A stretch of DNA of 64,000 nucleotides from Actinomycetota bacterium (GTDB taxonomy: Bacteria > Actinomycetota > Acidimicrobiia > Acidimicrobiales > Ilumatobacteraceae), in assembly GCA_016871295.1 (NCBI GenBank), contig VFZD01000001.1, positions 19,553 to 83,552 of the forward strand, given 5' to 3'. The position numbers and the translations under genes were made by a program. Shown here in pieces: positions 48,371-55,726 of the stretch. Each line of letters opens with the position of its first letter. The first letter of the stretch is position 1. Under the pieces are notes generated by a model. That model had not been told where the DNA came from, searched no databases, and was given only the letters and a program-made list of their open reading frames with translations.

Positions 48371-48393
48371 TTTGACCACTTTGAGTGGTCAAA
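48371..48393. promoter_or_regulatory. Perfect 10+10 bp palindrome TTTGACCACT-TTG-AGTGGTCAAA (operator over a putative promoter, or an intrinsic terminator)
   Basis: Read directly. On the minus strand it overlaps TTGACC-17 nt-GATTAT, about 75-100 nt upstream of the M23 peptidase ATG. It also lies about 90 nt downstream of the methyltransferase stop and is followed by TGATTATTTT. Confidence 0.45.
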
Positions 48394-48482
48394 AATGGGA
48401 CTTTTCAGCCAGAATGCTGATTTTGGCTGATTTGTCGGTGACGCTAGGTAGCCGTCAACTCACTTTTGGCAACAAAATTCGG

Positions 48483-49670
48483 CTAGATCCCGAGGAATTC
48501 GCCCAGCCTTGGCCGCACCTTCCAGAAGTCCGCCAATTCGCGGTACTTGAGAATCTCAGTTGTCCGGCGCGAGTGATCAAGCCTTTCGTCCAATATTGCC
48601 CTAATCATCGCGTTGCGTGGGGTGTGTTCATCGCCGACGAATTCGATCACGTCAGTGCGGTACCCGCAGACGCGCATCAGTTGGGCTCGAAGCGAGTCGG
48701 TCAAAATGTCTCCAAGGCGCTGCTTCAAAATCGGATTCGCCACCACGAGCGACCAAGGGCCAACCTCGGGAGACATTTGTCGTTGCAAATCTTGGTGACA
48801 ACAAGGTGCCGCCAAGACGATCCTTGCCGAGTTTTGCACTGCCCACGCAAGCGCATCGTCGGTTGCGGTATCGCAAGCATGAAGGGCAAGAACAATGTCG
48901 GTGGGCGCTTGGGCCAAATTTTGAATCCTTTCGGCGATGAATGTCACGTTTTCGGTCAGGTTCAGTTTCTCGGCAGCGTCTTGGTTTCGTAGGCGACTAT
49001 CTTCGCGCTTGTCGATGCCGACGATCCTGTTGGGAAGTCCCTGTTCCAGCAGAAACAGATGAAGGGCGAAGGTCAAATATGCGTTGCCACAGCCGTGGTC
49101 GACGATCGTCAACGGTCGTGCAAGTGAGGGTGTGTGAATTTTCTGCCTGCCGATCGCCGTTTTGACCAGGGGCAAAAGAATTCGTGCAAATTCTTCGACT
49201 TGGGCGAACTTTTTGCGCATCGAGGGTTTGAGCCGACCAGACTTGTCGGCCAAACCAAGCCGAACCGCAAATTCAGAATCGGTATTGAGCAGGCGGGCGC
49301 GGGTTTGGTCGTGCGCCAAATTTTGCGGATTTCGAGCGGGCTTTATCGAGACAAGAGGCTCGCCCTTCTTGGTGAATCGGGCGGTGATCGACTCGGTGGT
49401 TCCCTCGACGAGCAAGTTCGCAAAGCCCGAATGCCAAAGTTTTTCGGGTTCGAACTCGGCGAAATCGATGTTCGTAGTTCGAACCTTCTCTTCGGATGTC
49501 GTGACAATCTGTAGCTTTACTTCAGACCCGATCTGCACAGGGCGAAGATGAACCTTCTCGAATTCGGGATTCATGTTCCGGCGCCGACCCGAGAAAATCG
49601 CCCGCACCAGCCGGTGCGGGTTGGTGGTGATGCTGAGCGCAAGGGCGATTCGGTCGGCGCCTTCTGACAT
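48483..49670 (-). CDS. Class I SAM-dependent methyltransferase (Methyltransf_32/METTL25-like) with an N-terminal extra domain
   Basis: 395 aa. SAM motif I IVDHGCGNAYLT and the post-motif LALHACDTATDDAL. Lies 3 nt downstream of the TetR-family gene. Confidence 0.72.
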   Translation of the reverse strand: MSEGADRIALALSITTNPHRLVRAIFSGRRRNMNPEFEKVHLRPVQIGSEVKLQIVTTSEEKVRTTNIDFAEFEPEKLWHSGFANLLVEGTTESITARFTKKGEPLVSIKPARNPQNLAHDQTRARLLNTDSEFAVRLGLADKSGRLKPSMRKKFAQVEEFARILLPLVKTAIGRQKIHTPSLARPLTIVDHGCGNAYLTFALHLFLLEQGLPNRIVGIDKREDSRLRNQDAAEKLNLTENVTFIAERIQNLAQAPTDIVLALHACDTATDDALAWAVQNSARIVLAAPCCHQDLQRQMSPEVGPWSLVVANPILKQRLGDILTDSLRAQLMRVCGYRTDVIEFVGDEHTPRNAMIRAILDERLDHSRRTTEILKYRELADFWKVRPRLGEFLGI

Positions 49671-49673
49671 CGG

Positions 49674-50735
49674 CTAGATCGCGGTCTGCTGTCGGTCGAT
49701 GCAGCGCCAGCCTTGCGATGTGCGGCGATAAGTGTCGGTGCGACGAAACAGATCAACGGAGGGTTTTTGGTTGCCCGGTCTTGTTCGCCGTTCGACGATG
49801 AAATTGCCGTGGGCTGTGCCGTTGCCTTCGTCGGCATAGAAGGCGACCGAGAGAAGTACTTCGATCACGGCGGTGCTCGCTTCAAAATCTGCATTGAACC
49901 GCGTTTGGATCTGTGACATGTCGGAGGCCACGAGTTTGCCGTCCTCGCTGTGCTTTGCGTCATCCAAAAAATAGTTCTTGAGTCGTGAAAAATCATGCCG
50001 TGACAACGCATCCTGGTATTGGCTCACCAATTGGCGCAGGTCGAAGTCGGTGGCGAGTGATGCCGGTCGTGGCCCGTCGTCCTGGTCGATGTTTTTGAGG
50101 CCATTCGTCGACTTGGGGGTTCGACGAGTGTCGCGAATATCGTCGGGTGAAAGACCCGTCTCGGCTGCGGCCAATTGACGCATCAAACGGATGAACTCTT
50201 TTCGTTTGAGCACCCCCTCGTGGGCCGCGTATTGCACGGCCAATCCGTCGATCAGGCCAGAAATTCGCGTCGCCGACTCGCGCGGGTGAACGCAATGAAA
50301 TTCGCCCGACTCGTTGCCCGCACGCAAAACTTTTTCGAACACGGCGATTGACTGCTCGTCAAGGTCTTGACTTATCGGCTTCATCTTCGGGTTTCTCAGC
50401 GCCTCGCCCCACGCGTCGATCCACAGCATCCATTCGACATCGTCACTACCTTCGGGGACATAACTTTCGATCAGCCGCCACAACTTCGCGGCCGCCGTCG
50501 GTGCGGAATCACTGTCGACCTGCATTTCACTCAAGTCTTTGTGCGCATAGTGCTCGAAAGCGGCGGCCAGCAATTCTTCTTTGGACGCGAAGTGGTAGTG
50601 AATCAGACTGTTCGAGACGCCAAGACGTTTGGCGACATCCGCCACTCGTGTACCGGCGAAGCCCCGCTCGATCACGACATCGCAGGTAGCCTCAAGAATC
50701 TCGATGCGACGCTTCTCGACCGTTTCCTTTTTCAC
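49674..50735 (-). CDS. TetR-family transcriptional regulator fused to a C-terminal NTF2/SnoaL-like domain
   Basis: The ORF opens at 50975; GTG 50735 gives VKKETVEKRRIEILEATCDVVIERGFAGTRVADVAKRLGVSNSLIHYHFASKEEL (TetR HTH). After a low-complexity linker, the last ~115 aa (LRQLVSQYQDALSRHDF...GWRCIDRQ) look NTF2-like. Confidence 0.72.
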   Translation of the reverse strand: MKKETVEKRRIEILEATCDVVIERGFAGTRVADVAKRLGVSNSLIHYHFASKEELLAAAFEHYAHKDLSEMQVDSDSAPTAAAKLWRLIESYVPEGSDDVEWMLWIDAWGEALRNPKMKPISQDLDEQSIAVFEKVLRAGNESGEFHCVHPRESATRISGLIDGLAVQYAAHEGVLKRKEFIRLMRQLAAAETGLSPDDIRDTRRTPKSTNGLKNIDQDDGPRPASLATDFDLRQLVSQYQDALSRHDFSRLKNYFLDDAKHSEDGKLVASDMSQIQTRFNADFEASTAVIEVLLSVAFYADEGNGTAHGNFIVERRTRPGNQKPSVDLFRRTDTYRRTSQGWRCIDRQQTAI

Positions 50736-50807
50736 TACTTGCGCACGATACTCACATCTGGCTGAACTGACCACATCGGCGCCGGCTCCGGTGGGAGGCA
50801 AATAGAA

Positions 50808-51722
50808 GTGCGAGTCCCGGCGCAGCGCTATTTGAGGGTGTCGCAGGGGGCGTTCGTGGCGCTTTATGCGATCATCATCACCGGCTCGCTGGTGCGTCTG
50901 ACTGGGTCGGGTCTGGGGTGCGCCGACTGGCCGCAATGCAGCGAATCCAAGTTCATCGATGTCTCCTCGGGGCACGCCGCGATCGAGCAGATCAATCGGC
51001 TATTCACGGGGGTCGTCGCGCTCTCCGTTGTCGCGTGTGCGCTGCTGTCAATCGGCCTTCGACCAAGACGCCGTGACCTGGTCGGCATGTCGGTGGTTCT
51101 TGTGCTGGGAGTCGTGGCTCAAGTCTTGATCGGGGCTGTCGTCGTGTTGACCGGGCTCAATCCATTTTCGAACATCGCGCATTTCCTGGTCAGCATCTTT
51201 CTGATGTCGGTGGCGTATATGTTGGTTCAACACGCCAAGATCACCAAGATCAGCGAAGAACCGACCGCACGCGCCGAACCACTATTGGGGAACGGCAATA
51301 TTCGGTTTGCGGTCAAGGTCTTGTTGGTTTTGACGGGCTTGGTCATCGTCGTCGGGACACTGGTCACGGGTTCGGGTCCGCATGCTGGCGATGAAAATGC
51401 AGTTCGTCTCGGTTTCGCTATGACCGACATCGTGCGAATCCACGGCATCATGGTCTGGGCGACCCTCTGCTCTTTCTTGGTCGTCGTGAAAATGTCCCGC
51501 AAGACCCAAACTTCGCGCGCCCTATTGGGTCGATCCTTGATGAGATTCGGCGCCGTCTTGGTCGCTCAGGGCGGGGTCGGGTACGCGCAGTATTTTCTCG
51601 GGGTGCCGGTGATTCTGGTGGCGATCCACGTCGCGATGTCGGTGCTGGTTTGGCTCGGAGCGCTTGATGTCTATTGGCATTCGAGACTTTCTGCGGTGCC
51701 GACTGGTGTGCTTGACTTGTAA
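50808..51722 (+). CDS. ctaA: Heme A synthase (COX15/CtaA family)
   Basis: 304 aa. GTG start after a GGGAGG Shine-Dalgarno sequence. LTGSGLGCADWPQC motif, 8 TM helices and conserved His residues (HAAIEQ, HFLVS, HGIMVW, HVAMS). Confidence 0.85.
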   Translation: MRVPAQRYLRVSQGAFVALYAIIITGSLVRLTGSGLGCADWPQCSESKFIDVSSGHAAIEQINRLFTGVVALSVVACALLSIGLRPRRRDLVGMSVVLVLGVVAQVLIGAVVVLTGLNPFSNIAHFLVSIFLMSVAYMLVQHAKITKISEEPTARAEPLLGNGNIRFAVKVLLVLTGLVIVVGTLVTGSGPHAGDENAVRLGFAMTDIVRIHGIMVWATLCSFLVVVKMSRKTQTSRALLGRSLMRFGAVLVAQGGVGYAQYFLGVPVILVAIHVAMSVLVWLGALDVYWHSRLSAVPTGVLDL

Positions 51723-51727
51723 CCAGC

Positions 51728-53065
51728 ATGACTATTGAAAGTCGGTCGACTCGAAGTCGCTTGAGCAGAGTCGGCCCGGGTTTCGGACTCCTGCTATTGC
51801 TGTTCTTTGGGATGTTTTCGGCATCCGCAGCGGGCGCGAGCGACACAAATGCAGGCGACTATTCGATCATTGCGAGCGTCCAGAATCAGACTCTGGTTGA
51901 CGGTGCCACGAGTCGCGAGCCGGTCGCCAATGTCTCGGTAACCATAACTACCGTCGACGGGAAATTGATCGGCACGGCGACGACCGACGACAAAGGACTG
52001 TGCACCATCGCCGTGCCGAGCAGGGACGACTACGTGATCACCCTCGACGTCAAATCTCTGCCCGAAGGCCTGCAATTGATCGATGCGAACAAGTCTCAAA
52101 TCTCGATAACCAAGGACCTCTTCACGACAAACACCAAGCGCGTCACATTTTTTACCGGCGAGAGCGGCATCGCGGGCGCGACGCAGACCGAACGAGTTCT
52201 CCAGCGGCTCGCCGATGGCATTCGACTGGGCCTGATTATCGCGATGTGTTCGGTGGGCTTGTCGCTTGTCTTTGGTGCCACGGGGCTGACAAATTTCGCG
52301 CACGGTGAAATGGTCACCTTCGGCGGGCTAGTTGCCTTCTTCTTCAATGTCACATTGGAGATTCCGATTTTGATCTCGGGACCGGTGGTCATTTTGCTGG
52401 GCGGGCTGTTTGGTCTGTTGTTCAACTGGGGAATTTTTGCCCGGTTGACCAAACGAGGGATCGGATTGATCTCGCAGTTGGTGGTCACGGTCGGTCTTTC
52501 GATCATGTTGCGAAACATCTATCTGTTTCAATTCGGCGGTCGCACCAAACAATTGGCGAGTTTTTCGAAGCAGACGAATCTCGAACTCGGGCCGATCGGC
52601 ATCACACCGCGGGATTTGACGACGGCGATCCTCGGCGTGATTATTTTGGTCAGTGTGGCTCTGTTTCTGCAGCGATCGCGGCTCGGCAAGGCGATTCGCG
52701 CGGTGAGTGACAACGTGCAGTTGGCCTCGGCGACGGGTATTGATACGCGAAAAGTAATCAGGGTGGTGTGGTTCGCCGGGGGCGCGCTCGCGGCCACTGG
52801 CGGGATCTTTCGCGGTCTCGACGAACAAGTCAGTTTCTCGATGGGTTCCGATCTTTTGTTCCTGATGTTTGCCGGCATCACTTTGGGTGGCCTGGGCTCG
52901 GCCTTCGGGGCGTTGATCGGGGGATTCAGCATCGGAATCTTTGTCGAAATGGCGGCGATTTTCGTGCCCAGCGAGTTGAAGGTTGCGCCGGCGCTGTTCA
53001 TTCTGATCGTCGTGTTGATTGTCCGACCCCAGGGTATTTTGGGCAAGAGTCAAAGGGTTGGCTGA
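51728..53065 (+). CDS. Branched-chain amino acid-type ABC permease (LivH-like) with a ~155-aa secreted N-terminal extension
   Basis: 445 aa. Residues ~157-445 are a canonical LivH core (GLSLVFGATGLTNFAHGEM...). Residues 1-156 are a signal/TM segment plus a beta-rich domain (VSVTITTVDGKLIGTATTDDKGLCTIAVPSRDDYVITLDVKSLPEG). Confidence 0.85.
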   Translation: MTIESRSTRSRLSRVGPGFGLLLLLFFGMFSASAAGASDTNAGDYSIIASVQNQTLVDGATSREPVANVSVTITTVDGKLIGTATTDDKGLCTIAVPSRDDYVITLDVKSLPEGLQLIDANKSQISITKDLFTTNTKRVTFFTGESGIAGATQTERVLQRLADGIRLGLIIAMCSVGLSLVFGATGLTNFAHGEMVTFGGLVAFFFNVTLEIPILISGPVVILLGGLFGLLFNWGIFARLTKRGIGLISQLVVTVGLSIMLRNIYLFQFGGRTKQLASFSKQTNLELGPIGITPRDLTTAILGVIILVSVALFLQRSRLGKAIRAVSDNVQLASATGIDTRKVIRVVWFAGGALAATGGIFRGLDEQVSFSMGSDLLFLMFAGITLGGLGSAFGALIGGFSIGIFVEMAAIFVPSELKVAPALFILIVVLIVRPQGILGKSQRVG

Positions 53066-53066
53066 C

Positions 53067-54071
53067 GTGGACTGGAACCAAATCCTGCAGAACACCATTC
53101 GCGCGGCGGTCGGCGTCGACGCGATTTACTTCGCGATAGCGGCGCTCGGTCTGAATGTCCAGTTCGGCTATACGGGCCTGGTCAATTTTGGTCAGGCGGC
53201 ATTCATGGCCTGCGGTTCTTATGGTTTGGGTGTGACGGCGCAATATTTCGGTATCGGACTTTGGTGGGGAATACCGCTCGGAATTTTGTTCGTGATAGTT
53301 CTCGCTCTGATCGTGGGCATTCCGACTTTGCGGTTGCGCGCCGACTACTTGGCGATCGTGACGATCGCGACGGCAGAGATCGTGCGACTATTCGTGCGCT
53401 CGGTGAGGTTCAACAAGATATTTGGTGGCACCGATGGCATCAGCAATTTCAGTCGTGAATATCGAGCGCTCAATCCGTTCGAACCCGGCAAGACTTATGG
53501 CTTTGTACCCTTCAGATTCAGCGGGTACGCGTTGTTCTCAATTCTGGTCGGCTGGACCTTGGTGGCGATCTTCTCGTTTTTCGTTTGGCAGTTGATGCGT
53601 AGCCCGTGGGGTCGCGTGCTCAAGGGAATCAGAGAAGATGAAGACGCCGTTCGAAGTCTGGGCAAGAACGTCTATGTCTACAAGATGCAATCGCTGATCA
53701 TCGGTGGAATCATCGGCATGTTTGCGGGTATGGTGTTGGCTCTCGACCGCGGTACGGTGCAACCCGACAACTACAGCCGCGATGTCACCTTCTACGTGTT
53801 GACCGCGTTGGTCTTGGGCGGCCTCGCCAAAGTTTCGGGTTCTGTCGTTGGCTCGATGCTGTTCTGGGTTATTTTCGTGTTCTCCGACAACTTCTTGCGC
53901 GAACTCACCAGAGGCGGTCCGTTGCGAATCGGCGATTTTACGGTCATTCAAAGCACCCAGGTGGGCGCGGTCAATTACATGTTCGTGGGAATCGGCCTGA
54001 TGTTGTTGATGTCGTTTAGGCCTCAGGGAATCTTTGGAAATCGCAGGGAAATGGCGCTCGATGGTCGTTGA
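53067..54071 (+). CDS. Branched-chain amino acid-type ABC permease (LivM-like)
   Basis: The ORF opens at 53019; GTG 53067 lies 1 nt after the upstream stop. Motifs: LNVQFGYTGLVNFGQAAFMA and PTLRLRADYLAIVTIATAEIVR. Confidence 0.85.
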   Translation: MDWNQILQNTIRAAVGVDAIYFAIAALGLNVQFGYTGLVNFGQAAFMACGSYGLGVTAQYFGIGLWWGIPLGILFVIVLALIVGIPTLRLRADYLAIVTIATAEIVRLFVRSVRFNKIFGGTDGISNFSREYRALNPFEPGKTYGFVPFRFSGYALFSILVGWTLVAIFSFFVWQLMRSPWGRVLKGIREDEDAVRSLGKNVYVYKMQSLIIGGIIGMFAGMVLALDRGTVQPDNYSRDVTFYVLTALVLGGLAKVSGSVVGSMLFWVIFVFSDNFLRELTRGGPLRIGDFTVIQSTQVGAVNYMFVGIGLMLLMSFRPQGIFGNRREMALDGR

Positions 54072-54936
54072 ACGCAACTCTAGTGAGGTGGCGCGCGCGG
54101 CCAGACAGGCCCTTGCCAGCACCGAGGCCGTCGCAGGTTCGCAAAAGCCCGATCCGATTTTGAGCGTCGATGGCATCCGCCGCCATTTCGGTGGCATCGT
54201 CGCAGTCGATGTGAAACATCTCGAGGTGCAACGCGGATCGATCACCGCATTGATCGGACCCAACGGCGCAGGAAAAACCACGCTGTTCAATCTGTTGTCG
54301 GGCTTCGATACGCCCGATGTCGGTGAATGGCGTTTTGACGGGCACAACATGAGCCGAGTTGTGGCACATCGGACGGCGAGCATGGGCATGGTCAGAACGT
54401 TTCAGCTGACGAAAAGTTTGACGAAAATGTCGGTGATCGAGAATATGAAACTCGGGGCGATGCATCAAACCGGGGAGAGATGGTGGAACGGACTCCTGCC
54501 GTTTGTTTGGCGGGGTCAAGAAATGAAGATCGAAGAGCGCGCCGATGCTTTGCTCACGCGATTCAGGATGGACCATATGCGCAATGAGTATGCGGGCACG
54601 CTCTCGGGGGGTCAGCGAAAGTTGCTCGAAATGGCTCGCGCATTGATGACTCAGCCGCGTCTGGTGATGCTCGACGAACCCATGGCGGGCGTTAACCCGG
54701 CGTTGAAGCAGAGTCTGAACGAACACATTCGTGGTCTGCGCGACGACGGCATGACGGTTTTTTTCGTCGAACACGACATGGACATGGTCAATGATGTCGC
54801 CGATTGGGTGGTCGTGATGGCAGAAGGTGCCCTGATCGCCGAGGGCACACCCGAGCAGATCGGCAACAACCCCCATGTGATCGAGGCGTATCTCGGCTCC
54901 CACCAGGGCAAATCATTGTTGGACAGGCAAGTCTGA
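54061..54936 (+). CDS. ABC transporter ATP-binding protein (LivG-like)
   Basis: ATG 54061 overlaps the permease stop. Walker A GPNGAGKTT, signature LSGGQRKLLEMARAL, Walker B LDEPMAGVN. Confidence 0.88.
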   Translation: MVVERNSSEVARAARQALASTEAVAGSQKPDPILSVDGIRRHFGGIVAVDVKHLEVQRGSITALIGPNGAGKTTLFNLLSGFDTPDVGEWRFDGHNMSRVVAHRTASMGMVRTFQLTKSLTKMSVIENMKLGAMHQTGERWWNGLLPFVWRGQEMKIEERADALLTRFRMDHMRNEYAGTLSGGQRKLLEMARALMTQPRLVMLDEPMAGVNPALKQSLNEHIRGLRDDGMTVFFVEHDMDMVNDVADWVVVMAEGALIAEGTPEQIGNNPHVIEAYLGSHQGKSLLDRQV

Positions 54937-55670
54937 TGACGAAGAATATTCTCAGCGTCGAGCAACTTGTCGCCGGCTACATTCCCGAGGTGAATATTCT
55001 CAACGGCTGCGATATCACCGTTGCAATGGGGGAGTTCGTCGGCATCATCGGACCGAACGGGGCGGGCAAGTCGACCGTGCTCAAGGCGATACTCGGCGAG
55101 TGCCTAGTCAGGTCGGGCACGGTGATGCTCGGCGAAGCGAATATCGTGGGTCATCGTTCGCACGAACTCGTGGAGCGCGGAGTCGGGTATGTGCCACAAA
55201 ATCGAAACGTGTTTCCAAGTTTGACCGTGACGGAAAACATGGAGATGGGCTGTTTCTTGAAGCCCGCAAATTTCGAAACACGCTTCGAGTATGTGACGAG
55301 ACTTTTTCCGCGGCTGCGTGAGCGCGCAGGAGTGAAGGCCGGTTCGCTTTCGGGCGGTGAGCGGCAGATGGTGGCGATGGGTCGCGCCCTGATGATGGAA
55401 CCGAAGTTGCTGTTGCTCGATGAGCCCTCAGCGGGGCTTTCGCCCGTCTTGCAAGACGAGGTGTTTTTGCAGTGCAAACGAATCAATGCCGAGGGCATCG
55501 CGATCTTGATGGTCGAGCAAAATGCGCGTCGATGTTTGCAAGTGGCGGATCGGGCCTATGTGTTGGATCAGGGCAAGAACGCCTACACGGGTAGCGGTCG
55601 TGATCTTCTGGCCGACCCGAACGTGATCAAGCTCTATTTGGGCACCCTAGCCAAGACCGCCGGAGGATAA
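54936..55670 (+). CDS. ABC transporter ATP-binding protein (LivF-like)
   Basis: ATG 54936 overlaps the LivG-like stop by 1 nt (TGATG). Walker A GPNGAGKST, signature LSGGERQMVAMGRAL, Walker B LDEPSAGLSP. Confidence 0.9.
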   Translation: MTKNILSVEQLVAGYIPEVNILNGCDITVAMGEFVGIIGPNGAGKSTVLKAILGECLVRSGTVMLGEANIVGHRSHELVERGVGYVPQNRNVFPSLTVTENMEMGCFLKPANFETRFEYVTRLFPRLRERAGVKAGSLSGGERQMVAMGRALMMEPKLLLLDEPSAGLSPVLQDEVFLQCKRINAEGIAILMVEQNARRCLQVADRAYVLDQGKNAYTGSGRDLLADPNVIKLYLGTLAKTAGG

Positions 55671-55673
55671 GAG

Positions 55674-55701
55674 AGGGCCCTGGACTTTCGTCCAGGGCCC
55701 T
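55674..55701. terminator. Bidirectional GC-rich stem-loop terminator between convergent genes
   Basis: AGGGCCCTGGAC-TTTC-GTCCAGGGCCCT, a perfect 12-bp stem with a 4-nt loop, placed between the LivF-like stop (55670) and the binding-protein stop (55727). Confidence 0.6.
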
Positions 55702-55726
55702 GCCTTTAACGAATTCGGATTATTGG

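Noticed and set aside
48292-48482. Possible ydaO-type cyclic-di-AMP riboswitch upstream of the cell-wall hydrolase (M23) gene, as seen before rpf and other hydrolase genes in Actinobacteria.
   Set aside because: Reading the minus-strand leader, I could not find the pseudo-twofold arrangement or conserved core segments that I associate with that class. I found only generic hairpins. A covariance-model scan would be needed before making any riboswitch call.
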